64,000 nucleotides of DNA from Pavona decussata. Taxonomy: Eukaryota. Position 1 is the stretch's first letter. Every line of letters starts with the position of its first letter. The DNA lies in assembly GCA_977016875.1 (NCBI GenBank), contig CDRNST010000148.1, forward strand, positions 2,108,001-2,172,000, read 5' to 3'. Shown one piece after another: positions 1 to 12,110 of the stretch. The notes beneath the pieces are model-generated. The model was not told the DNA's origin, searched no databases, and worked only from the letters and a program-made list of their open reading frames with translations. The translations under genes were made by a program, and so were the position numbers.

Positions 1-204
1 TGTTGTAGCCTGACTCAGTGGATAGAAACTCTAGCAACAATGCTTTGTAACAAGTGAATAATAATAATACTTTGTTCCAAGAGTGTACAGAGATGATACC
101 AACTTAACCACAGTGGGTTAGTCATCAAGACAAATTGCCACTGAAGCCATGATGTAAATTTAGGCCCGTTCTGAATATCAAATACCGGTTGACAGCTAAG
201 AAAC

Positions 205-898
205 GTGGTCTTAATGCCACTGAGACAGAACGGATGTGCATCGGCTCTTGATGATAATCTTCGAAAAATAAATGTTGTTGATGGTAACATCCTCACTGGC
301 AATCAACCAGTTGCAAGAGTTCACTCAAGTAAATCTCTTGGAGTCTACATTGATGATCGTCTTTCCTGGTCAGCTTATCAGGATAAGCTTATCACCTTAT
401 TAGCTTATTATCAGGATTACATCTGTAAAAACGTTTCTTCAGCTTTAGCAAGGAAACATCACTTGTATGAACACTGACCATGGTTTTACTATTGTGATAT
501 TTGCAGGTGACTTTGGCTGAAACTTCAAAAGTTACAAAAGAAGCTTAAAAAACGGGCTGCTAGAGTTATTACTTAAGAAATGGGTATGACATAAGATCCG
601 ATGACCAAGTGGATATAAAAACTAGTAGACATCTCAAACACAAAGCGCTCTCAATATGCAAAGTTCAATTCAGAGTAATAATGCGCCTATCTGCCTGTAA
701 AAGCTCTTCAAATCCGTGGTAAGTACGAAATATAATCTTAGAACTAATGATAATGAATTGTTTCTTTGCAAACCTCGAACTGGACATATGAAAAGAGCTT
801 TAGCGGCTGACACTGGGCACTAAGCTATGGAAATGACCTCCAAATACCGAGTACTAAGTGCTCAGAGAAAAAGCTGTCAAAAAAAAAAAAAAAAAAAA
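205..898 (+). mobile_element. Degenerate 3' end of a CR1/L2-group LINE (reverse transcriptase C-terminal region) with poly(A) tail
   Basis: ORF 205-477 contains SKSLGVYIDDRLSW, typical of the region after the RT core. Broken frames downstream give LQK..RAARVIT and YNLR-like motifs. A20 run at 879-898. Confidence 0.7.
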
Positions 899-1817
899 CT
901 ACAGTAACTTACTTACTTTAATTAGGTAGGATGATCGAGCTCTCTAGGGGGGCAAACAAATGATGATAGAGGCAAAATAAAGTCTGCTAGTGCATGTGAC
1001 ACTCACTTGTCTTTAGGATTCAATATTAGATCTTCTGCAAATGGTTGAGTGATTTTTCTTGAGAGCACACTGAATCACAATTATACCATAGCTTTGTGCA
1101 ATAATAATGAAGGGTTAGCAGAATTCAAAAGGCGCCTGACACTAGTTAGTTTCCTTCGTAGGGTTTTTGGGGGAATTTCGGATGAATTCCACGAAATATT
1201 CCGGGATAAATGTGGGAAAAATTGGAGCTATTGTAATGATTTGAATCTTTGTCTAACATCGTGAAGAAAGCAGCAAAGTAAACTCTTCCACAAGTGGACA
1301 GGAAAGTGATTGTCTTTTTTTTTTCCTCAGTTCATTTCGTTGCCTGATAGGACACTGTCGGCCACCCCCACCTGAACCACGTGGAAGAATGTCACGCATA
1401 AAAGGCTTGTTAAATATGATACTGGAATGGGCTCTAGTGTTGCTGTTAGCATAACAGTCGAGCAAGTAGGAAGCCCTCGATGGGACCTTGTTTGTGCTCA
1501 GTTTTGCTTTCGACTTGGACAAACGAAAACAGGTTGAAAGTTAAAGTGATTTTTTTTTTTTTTCGAAAAAAAAAAATGTTAAGTAATTCTTCTTTCGCCG
1601 CTCGATTCTGTACAGTTTGTCCAACAGATCCAATGTTTGTTTGCCCATTTCGGATCTCTTGAAAACTGGATTCTTTCTTTGAAATATTTGCATATCAATG
1701 CGACTGCTAATTTATCAAAGTGTTAAGAGTCAGTGCTGTTCAATGTCATCCTCTTGGTCAGCATTTTACACGCTCCTATTTACAAAAGACTTGATCCAAA
1801 CAATACATTCGCCACGA

Positions 1818-2077
1818 NNNNNNNNNNNNNNNNNNNNNNNNNNNNNNNNNNNNNNNNNNNNNNNNNNNNNNNNNNNNNNNNNNNNNNNNNNNNNNNNNNN
1901 NNNNNNNNNNNNNNNNNNNNNNNNNNNNNNNNNNNNNNNNNNNNNNNNNNNNNNNNNNNNNNNNNNNNNNNNNNNNNNNNNNNNNNNNNNNNNNNNNNNN
2001 NNNNNNNNNNNNNNNNNNNNNNNNNNNNNNNNNNNNNNNNNNNNNNNNNNNNNNNNNNNNNNNNNNNNNNNNNNNNN
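1818..2077. other. Assembly gap (260 N)
   Basis: Run of N. Confidence 0.99.
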
Positions 2078-2461
2078 CAAGAAGAGAACGACGAAGAAGG
2101 AGAACAAAGTGGTTGAGTTATTTTAAGGCGCCTTGAGTTTGAATAACACAGTGAACAAAGCAAGTCTACAAAGATTTTTTTAATCAAGGTTAAAACACAT
2201 TAGCGCGTAAGTCTATTTGTGAATTATTTTATAAGCAATTCAAGAACTAAATTACGCAACGTTGATTTTCCCCTTAACTTCCTATAAAATTTAATACATA
2301 GCATTAGACATCTATATTCTTATTTCTAGGCAAACATTAACCATGATCAAACAAACCCGGCCTTTTGCACTCTGCATCATCAATGTACTAGGAATACTAG
2401 ATGGTGCATGTAGTTGTTTGGTGTGCTCATTTTGATGGTTAAATTTTCATAACTTCTTAAA

Positions 2462-2743
2462 ATGTTTTGTTATATCTCTCAGTTAGTACGCGAGGGGTTT
2501 TTATCGCCAAACTCGAGTCGGACAGAAATTATTTGTATCCAGTGCGGAGTAGAAGTCAACGCTGATAAGAGGAGGAAGCTGTTTCAGACATGCTTTCAGT
2601 GCCGAAAGATAAAAGCAAGTGTAAAAGTGGAAAAAGTTGTTAGTTATTCTCTTTTCCCGGAGAGCTATTTGACAAACATTATGTGTCCATCGTGTAGCGA
2701 CAAAAATTCAACCGACTTTGGTGAAGAAAATGGACTTGACTAG
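2462..2743 (+). pseudogene. Fragment with paired CxxC motifs (zinc-binding-like), possibly a decayed transposon-derived gene
   Basis: ICIQCG...RRKLF...IMCPSCSDK in ORF 2462-2743. Splice-acceptor-like site near 2482. No complete gene model could be built. Confidence 0.3.
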
Positions 2744-4223
2744 ATAAAAACGTTTTAAGCTCTCTTGGCTGAAAAGCGCGGAGAAATGGCGACTAAACGG
2801 CAGAGAAATCTGAGTGGTGTTTCTGAAAGTCATTCATCGATGTCGACTATTTGCAATCCTACTCTTGTAAATCCGAGGTAAAATATAGGTGGTGTGATGT
2901 GAACCCAGTAAAACGGCGAGTCAACTTTTCGTCTGCTTCCCCCAGTAACGACATTGATCGCGCGGGAGGCTATGACGTAACGAAAATACTTGTTTGTTCA
3001 TTTGCTAACATGCCTTGACGTCACCGGTAGAAACTGATCCATCGGCCCTTTCCAAAACCAACATAACATAAAGAGTGAAAAGGGAAAATAATATTGGAAA
3101 GGGCTTTTAGAAAGTCTAGCTAAATTTGAAAGTTTTCTTTTCCCGCTTGCCCGATTAACCTCCGAGATATAATAAATATCTTACTAACTTCGTTTTCCCG
3201 GTCCCTCCAGTAAGACAGTAAGTTAGGGACCAAGTTTTTTCCCATTGATTTAGGGCCCAAGCGCGAATACGTGGGCCATAAATCAATGTGACGGCAATCA
3301 CTCAAGACTCAAACTTTTTATTCTAACTGACCACATGAACGCTATCGAACGGTAGCAAATCAAGCCGGATAAATATAATTTAGGCAAAGATAAAATCTCC
3401 CTGCTACATATTGTTCAAGCGCTAGCTAACAGACGACATCAAACCACTTGACGACCACAAATTGATCTTACACTGAAGGCGCCAAAAAAATTTTTGTTCG
3501 GATCCAGGTACTCGCAAAAACCCCTAAAAAACTGCCTTCACAAAAACTTACGTTTACTGTGCGACTATGTTTGTCTCGATAGGAGCAAATTAAAGTGAAA
3601 TCGTGATCATTTAATTTTATCACTGATGTCTTATAGGCACTGCGGCATTTTGAATCATGTGAGATAATGAATATGAGTTTATATTTACTAAACATTTCTT
3701 ATCCATGAGCTCTCATAATAACCAAACATATTTTATCTCCGTCGTTATCGTGGATTTATTTTGAGTACTGTAGATTACTTAGGATCCGAAGATTAAACAT
3801 GTTTTGGGAATAAAACGATGTTTCCGCACTCGTATTTTATTCCATTGGGGAAAATTTCCCATAAAATGTATTTGTTTGTTAAAAGGCGCAGCAAAAACAT
3901 TACGAGTAAATTAAAGTTAATATGTTTTACTGCCGGAAAGGTGTTGAGGCAGTTTATTGGTGGGAATTTGAAATACCACAGGCACCGATGCTGGCCACTG
4001 AAAAAAATATGACTAGTTTCCGTTTCTATTTCGGATATTGCCTGTTCAATAAGCATTGCTTTGTGAACTGAATGTGACTAAAAGCACGAAATGAAGATAA
4101 AGATGAAGAAGCTAGAAGGCGCTAGAGAGGGAATGATTAGTGTCATAAGAAAGGAGAATATGTAGCTTCATCACCAAAATTAAGCACTTCACTGAACAAC
4201 AGAACGCAGAACGTTAAATGATA

Positions 4224-4426
4224 NNNNNNNNNNNNNNNNNNNNNNNNNNNNNNNNNNNNNNNNNNNNNNNNNNNNNNNNNNNNNNNNNNNNNNNNNNNNN
4301 NNNNNNNNNNNNNNNNNNNNNNNNNNNNNNNNNNNNNNNNNNNNNNNNNNNNNNNNNNNNNNNNNNNNNNNNNNNNNNNNNNNNNNNNNNNNNNNNNNNN
4401 NNNNNNNNNNNNNNNNNNNNNNNNNN
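4224..4426. other. Assembly gap (203 N)
   Basis: Run of N. Confidence 0.99.
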
Positions 4427-7090
4427 ATTGCAACCAATCTGGCGAAAAGCAGCTGCTGGCAGGAATTTAATTAATTGCTTCTTACCTCTGTTTTGCGCTT
4501 TTCGGTACTAAGAAAATTACACGTTGCTTTGGCGTTTGCCGATTTTTATGATTGAATTGGACGCAGCGCAAATTAATTTTATTAACAATTAAATTTCCTC
4601 ACTAAAATACCCCATATTTTCGCCGCTAATATAGTCTTGCAGCTGTTAGGATAAAACGCTAATTTTGTTTATACCAGTGTGAAATGCAATTTTAGTCCTA
4701 AAATACCCAAAAGATGTAAACAAAGCGCCCGCTGATTGCCTCAGTAAGCACTTTTTTGTCCGAATATACTTATAAGGATAAATATAAAAAAAAATTCCTT
4801 TCAATTTTGAAAGCCCCATTATCCATTTTGAGCTTATCAGCCGATGTACTTTTTTTTAATAAGTTGAGGGTTCTCCTTGTGTTGTCTTCTTTTTTTTTTC
4901 TTTTTTTTGGCGGTTTTCATCCGGTTGGCCTTAAAAACTGATTAACCTTTTCGTTTAGAATATTAAAAAGCAACGTTCGAAGGCTTTGTGTACATAACCG
5001 ACTAAATTATTTCCTTTTAATGTATATATAAATGTAACGATTGGCGCTTTTTGCTGGTGAGTTCAGCACTTCACGACGAGCAATCCAAATATCGACATCT
5101 CTAGCGACGGAAGTGGCAAATTCTAAATACAAGGTGAGGAATCTGCTGTGTAAAACCACAATGGCACGTATTCTTTGAGGTGCAGTTTATTTGTCGTTGA
5201 TATAAAATGGCCCTCTTTTATGGCCCTCTTTTTTTGTGTTTAGGGAAAACGTTCTAGTAACTTTTACCGGTAAAAACAGTTTTCTATTTCGACAACAACA
5301 TATTCAGAAACTCAGTTCTTCCACAACCAGCATAAAAACAGTTTTTCATTTTTCAGCGGCCCAACAAGAACCTTTAAGCAATATACTTCAAAAGTTGTCT
5401 CCCAGCTGTGTTCCTAGATCGTTTATGGCCTTTTAAAGGTATATTTGTGTATAAAGCTAACACAATGTGATCTGCCGTATTCTTTCTTTTTTTTTTTTAA
5501 TTCACGTATCTGGTGTTTGTTTTTTTTTTTTCAGTATGTTCCAGTAAAACCATTTCCCCCTACAACATTAACTCAGAAATTTTATTCCACAAACAGGGCC
5601 GGGTAAAAAGTGCAATTCGTCGTGCAAACTGTCAATTTTGAGTCGAGGACAGAGTTACTCCTTGCTAGTCTTTAAGTCAAATAGCGTCATAGGCAAACTA
5701 ATTCACACAAAGGCTCGATGCTTGCAAAGTATTAAAATGTACACATTTTTACTATACCTTTTAGGAAGAAATTTAATATGTCAGTCTTGCGTGCCGTTGA
5801 CTGAACCTTTACATTGTCAGCTTTGAGTGCCGGGAGAAAATGGTTTTTCGAGACATTTTAGCGATCATAAACGTGCTGTTTACTTTGCAAGCCATATAAA
5901 AAAGACAATGTAAACTTTGCTTTACTCAAAAACGGCGAAAATAAACAAACCCAAAGTAAAACTTATTGTATTGCCCAAAAGGAGAAGGCCAGCTGCACAA
6001 CCTAAAATGGAGGTCAAACTACAAAGGAGTTTAAATAATTTGCAAAAGGTTCTGTTAATTTAATAAGACCACATTTCATGGACAACGGGTTCAGCCGAAG
6101 TGAAGGGAACAAGATAATAAGAGTCATGACGAAATTACAGCAATTACATGTATTTCTTTTTAGGTGACAAATGAATATGTATCAAAGCCCTCGGTTTCAC
6201 GACGGTACTGAATAACAAGGTATGAATTTTTGCATTCTCTACTGGCTGAATTAATATTCAAAGTGTCTACACAAAACGACGATGTAATTTTGTTTTCGCT
6301 ATCTTCAACGTAACTGCAACTTTAAAAGATAAATCTGATTTTAAAATAGACTTGTTAATCAATAGATTAAGAAAGGACAGATAAGCTAATCGTTTATCAC
6401 GGCAGTGAATCTAGCCAACGGAAAACAGTATAAAGTTCAAATATAGACCAATTTCAGATAAGAGCCAGATAGTTTTAACTTCACAGTGCCGATAAAATAG
6501 CAAGCTCCATTCACTCGATCTGTTCTTCTTGATATTTTGGCACTTCCTTAATTTTTATGCCGGGAGTATATTTTTTTACAAGCACTTGGGCATAAAATGT
6601 TTCTAATCTGGAGATCTGGAGATCGGGATCTCGCAACCTGCTTGCAGCCCTCTCATAATTCCTTTCAGCTTGTCGGATCAGGACCAAAGAAATACATGTC
6701 TGAGAGCAGGTTATAATTATCTGTTCTGCGGATCGCTGAGCATTTAACAAGTATTCCCTTTATTTTGTCCATTTACTCTTCGTTTCTGATTTATCGTTTC
6801 GGGTGATAATGAGAGACATTTCGTGGCGCCTCAAGATGTCAGGCACGTACAACGGATCTGAGTGGAAACAATTGGTTTAAAATATTGGCAACCTTAGGAT
6901 AAAATTAATGGCCATTGAACTAATTAAAACTGAACGAAATTAAGAGGAAGAAACCCCAATTTCAATTCGGTAGCACAATATTTTGGCCTCAGGCATTACC
7001 ACTTATACCAGAAACATTTTACTGAGTGTTTTCGCCTTATATCTCCAGGCTAAGTGACCTTTTTAGTAAAACAAAGCAGCGCTGGAGAAG

Positions 7091-8978
7091 ATGGAAACAC
7101 TTCTTAATAGTAAGTCTGTTCTTTCTTGTTTTCTTTCTTTCTTTCTTACGTGCCTTTTTTGCAAAATTTTTAAGAATGTTCGTCACAAGAGATGTCATAC
7201 TATCGGATTGATTCGAAGTACGATTTGTTTAACCAAAAGGCAACATATTGGTCAGGGAGATTAGAAGATGCGCACTGACAACCAGAAACTCTGCTTTACA
7301 AAGCTTAGCTACGGAGATACCAGAGACCATTCAGATGCGTTTTCCAAGTGCACTGGTATATATGGTTGAGAATGTTTTACCACAAACCGGCCGGCTTCAC
7401 AAAATTACTAATCATTGGCCACATGGAGACAAAAATTCGTTTCTCCAGGAGCCCTTGATCCCTGGTTTCTCTTTGTTTTTTTGTTTTCCTTTCGCTACAT
7501 CTTTCTTATGTTTTCTATTCTACTTAGTTACTTTTCTTATCAATTTATTTCCTTTAAAGGGGCACACTATTAGTTTTACTAGAGGTGCACCTCTTCTCTC
7601 CTCCCCTTATTTGAATTGTATTTTGTATTTTTGAAATGAATTTGAATTGTATTTTTGAGCTGCGTATTATTCTATGTTTTAATACTATATTTATAATATA
7701 TTTTGCGCTTATGTAACAGTAAGAGTGGAGAGTATAAATAAAAAATGTCAAATGTCAAAATCGATCTGGCTGCAAGTCCCAGTTATCGCCTCAAAAAAAA
7801 AAAATCAAATCTCAATAATATCCGTAATGTCTTAACTTACTTTATGCTAAACTTATGATATGTTTATTCTGTTAAAAGGTTCAAATGGAAGCGTTGCTAG
7901 CCATAATGGCCAAGCAAATTTCTTTGAATTTCCGCTGAATCTTCAGGTTGGCATGACAGTTGCTTACGTCACCATCTTCGTGATCTCATTGGTGGGTAAC
8001 GTGGTAATGGTTTACGTCATTTTCAAGACACCTGACTTGAGGACAACTACAAATCTGCTTATCGCAAACATGGCAATAGCTGACCTGATAATCACCTTCT
8101 TCGCCATGCCGTATTGCGTCACGTACCTGTATCTCCAGAATATTTGGATATCTGGGATATTCGGCGATATCACATGCAGAGTCGTGCAATACGTGCTTGC
8201 TCTTGCGATCTCAGGGTCAGTCCTCACACACGTTCTCGTTGCTTTAGAGCGCTTCTTTTGCTTAGTACTCCCTTTCAAGCGCGTAGCCTTTATAAAAAAT
8301 TCGAAGCTGTGTTATTCGTTCATTTGGTGCAGCTCTTTCATACTAATGAGCCCTTACATTGTTGTTTATGGAAGCCAACAGCGCGGTCCAGGTGCAAACA
8401 GCTACTGTGGTGTCAAGTTTGAGTACTTGAAAATCCTTCAAGTCTACTTTCCCCTCATATTCTTGTTCCTGTATCTTCTTCCTTTGGTTTTCATTGCAAC
8501 ATTGTACACTTTCGTTTGTCGAAAGCTGTGGAAACACAAATCGCCGGGAATCCCTTCGCAAACAGCAATTGAAAAGAGAGAAAGCCGTAAAAGGAAAACT
8601 GTCAAAATGCTTATCATACTCGTGATCGTCTTTGCACTTTGTTGGCTTCCTGCACACGTCATGCATATGTATTCGTATTTTTGGTATAACACAGCGTTGC
8701 CTCTAGCTGTGCCCCTACTGTCTTTTTGGGCATGTCACTCGCACAGTGCAATCAACCCGCTTCTGGTGGCCTCATTTAATCAGTTGTATCGAAAGGCATG
8801 TCGGGATATGGTCAGAAAATTCCGAACAGGTGTTCAGTCGCAGAGAAATGGTCCTCAAGTATTTGCAGATGTAAAAATGGCTCCGTTTGGCCAATGGAAT
8901 CATAATCTTGATCCTCAAATGGTTAAACAGTCGGAAAGGTTGCAAGAAACCCCAAATATACACACAACTCTTCTCTGA
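7091..8978 (+). CDS. Class A (rhodopsin-like) GPCR, neuropeptide-receptor-like; 2 coding exons 7091-7109 and 7879-8978
   Basis: Seven hydrophobic segments with GN (TM1), MAIAD (TM2), ERF (TM3), CWLP (TM6) and NPLLV (TM7). Micro-exon ATGGAAACACTTCTTAATA|gtaagt joins in phase 1 to aaaag|GTTCAAAT, giving METLLNSSNGS with N-glycosylation sequons. Confidence 0.92.
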
Positions 8979-9064
8979 AAATGTAAATAGAGAAAAATGA
9001 TCAATTTGAAAACATTGTAAACTAAGAGTGAATAACTGAGAACGAATGAATGAACGAACCAAGT

Positions 9065-10720
9065 CAAGGCGACCCACTTTCTCCCTATCTTTTTATAATT
9101 GCGTTAGAAACTCTAGCTATTAAGATTAGAAACGAAGATTCAATCAAAGGCTTTAGTATTGGAGGAGAAACCACGAAACTTTCCTTATTTGCGGATGACA
9201 TGACTTGTTTTTTACGTGACACAGATTCTCACACCTCCCTCTTCGCCATTCTGGAATCCTTTAGATCATGCTCTGGTCTGTGTGTAAATCACGAAAAAAC
9301 CGAGATTATAGCGCTTGGCAGTAATATTCTACACGAGAAGTATTTTAATGACCATAAGATTTTTGAAGTTATCAAGATCTTGGGAGTTTATTTTGGCTAC
9401 GACGAAAAACAGAGAAACGATCTAAATTTCCGACAAACATTAAAATCTATTAAAAAATCAATACAAATGTGGAAATGGAGGAAATTATCTATTTTGGTGA
9501 CCTTATTACGGATAACAATCTTTTCCTCACCGAAGATCCTTATGTGACGATCTCTCCTGAACAACGTTTCTTTATTATGGGAGTTGTTCACTCTCTCCCA
9601 TCGGACAGGAAAACAATTATTAGATCTTCGGTCGGCAAAAATGATAAAAGACCAATCCCTCACACACGGCGCACATTAAACTAAACTGTGGCTCTTTCCC
9701 TATCTCAGATGTCACCTCTAAACAGATATACGACTCTTTTTTTGTGCAAAAAACAAATCCCTCCGACAGCCCAACAAAAAATATCAGACAAATACTCAGA
9801 CACGATCATTAATTGGAAAAAGGTTTCTTCTTTTCCTTTCCGTACCACACTTGACTCCAAATTGAGAGAATTTCAATACAAAATTCTAAACAACATTGTC
9901 TTTACAAATGATAAATTATTTTGCTTCGGCCTTTCGCAATGAAGAACGGGGGGTTGATTTCTAAAGAAACTGCGGAGTGCATCATGGGCAGCAGAAACGC
10001 AATGTTTGGTTCAGATCAATGAAGAATCGTTAGAACATTTACTCTCTCGTTGCAAAGTGTTTTCTGAAGTTTGGAAAGAAGTCTTGTCCTGGCTCAGAGA
10101 ATATAACATTGTTTTAGAATCCTTTAATGAGATAGGTTTTTTTTTAGGGATTTTTGAAGAATCGGAAGATTTCTTTCTAATTAATCATGTTTAATATGCT
10201 TTTAGGTAAATATTATATTTATGTAAGGAAATGCCTTGGAAGTTTACCTTCGTTGAGAGGCTTTATTGCCAGGATAAGACGTGTTTATAATATCGAGCTC
10301 CATATTGCGAGGGAGAGGGATAAACTAGCTACTCATTTTAAAAATATGGGAAAAGTTAGTAGCAGCTTTAAACACCTGGTAGAAAATTAACCTTGTCATA
10401 TCCTACATTTAGTTTGGTCTCCTTTGCTATTTATTTTATAATATTTTTTTGATTTTGATTTTTTTTTTCTTTCCGTCTTCGTGTGTTATCCACTAATTGC
10501 TAATCGTAGGGTTGAAAGCAGTGTATTGTAAATAAGTTCTTGTAAGTACTGTTTCGCGTTTTTAAGTAACTTATTCCGAGCAGTGTTTTGTAAATTGTAA
10601 CTTTTCCTTTGTTTCCTCTTGGTAAGTTGTAGATAAGCTGTAAATTGTAATTAGTATATCAAGTTCTTTAAATATTGTAACGTGTGGTAAAATAAAAATA
10701 AACAAATTACAAAAAAAAAA
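9065..10720 (+). mobile_element. 5'-truncated L1/Tx1-clade LINE with target-site duplication and poly(A) tail
   Basis: RT motifs QGDPLSPYLF and LFADD, then LREFQYKILN and ESLEHLL.C (zf-RVT region). Frameshifts and internal deletions. AATAAA at 10691, A10 at 10711-10720. TSD TGAACGAACCAAGT at 9051-9064 and 10721-10734. Confidence 0.92.
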
Positions 10721-11700
10721 TGAACGAACCAAGTAATAAAGCAAAAAAGGAAGAAAGGGAAGAATTTATAATTAATCAATGAATTAATTAATAAAAATAA
10801 TTAAAGTAACAAATGGTTTTGTCAGGCTATGGCATTGACATATGTATAAATGTGCACATTGTTTCTGAATATGGGTGCCCCTTCTAAGTCATTTGAGAGA
10901 AGCAATTAAAACGTAGCCAACAAGATGTTGGGGCATGTGCATTGATTAGCTGTCAAACTTAATTTAATGTTGATCCTAATTCGGAATTAAATATATCCAA
11001 AGAGCCAGCTTTTAACTTACGGACTGATTTCTATATATTCTTGGAGGTTCTGGAATCCAACCCCCTTGCACATAAATACTTATCACAAACGTCTTGTTTC
11101 TCTCGATTGCCACAAAGGTTTTTATTTCGAGTAGTCGATCCATAAAATATTGTCATTTTACGATGGTGTATTGCCTATTGGGCAGGTAATAAGTGTTCAA
11201 AACACAAAACACTTAATAAAATTAGCCTGTGTACAGCCGCCCCCTCCCCTTCACGGGCTAAATAAAATTGAACCAAGTTGCATTTCGATTTATCTAATGC
11301 AGCCCGATCCGATCACGTTTCAGTTGCTTACGGGCCAGGCAAAATTACAGCAAATGAAACCTGGTGTAATTGTTGTCGGTGAGCTTACAACGCATTTCCA
11401 TCTCATCCATCGACCGGTGCAATTTTTTAGTCACAAACTTAATTGGCGATGCTCGACAGCTAAAATTTAGGTTTAAAAAAATCCACATCAGTGAAAGACC
11501 CTAAAGACTGAATCGTCGTGTATACAAAAACGATTTTGAACTCGCTAATTAAGTTATCCGGCGGTAACTCAGAAGAGAAACGGGGCCCGAACTATTTTAT
11601 TGAGCGACTTTTCCTTTTTACTTTCTGCTATACGGAGAAAATAATTATCAGGATTTGGCCGGTACCATGGGAGCTGCTCATAATAAACAGATGTGTGTAG

Positions 11701-11810
11701 GAGGTTTGTTTCTAAAGAAACTGCGGAGTGCATCATGGCAGTAGAAACGAATGTTTGGTTTATCAACAGAGTTGATAACTAAAGGTAAATTGGCCACCGT
11801 AAAGAGACTC
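11701..11810. repeat. Fragment of the same repeat family as the hammerhead-bearing element at about 47076-47262, lacking the ribozyme core
   Basis: Shares GAATGTTTGGTTTATCAACAGAGTTGATAA and AAGGTAA.TTGG.CAC.GTAAAGAGA.TCG with 47076-47132. Confidence 0.75.
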
Positions 11811-12110
11811 GGATATCCACCGAAATGAACAGTTGGGCGTCTCCGACTGCTGTATGGCGGCTTAAAGGGAACAACTGGAGTGTCAAAAAATTCCATCTAC
11901 TTGGTGAAGTGCAGTAGATGTGTTGGACGTCATGTTTCTTTCACAAATCAAACAGTAGCGCTTGTTTGTTATTTTTTGTCACAATCTACGTCAGTTTTGT
12001 GCGCATTAAGAACAATAAAGAAACGTTTGTTTATCTTTTTCCTAATAAAGGACTCATCCTGGTATTTTCAAGGTTACATTTCACAAAGTTAGGAAGCATC
12101 CCAGCTCGGA

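Noticed and set aside
1698-2187. Long ORFs spanning the first N run (likewise 4143-4511)
   Set aside because: Artefacts of translating N; no coding evidence
7986-9077. Several antisense and alternate-frame ORFs over the first GPCR (also 18984-20515 over the second)
   Set aside because: Shadows of a real coding sequence with no motifs of their own
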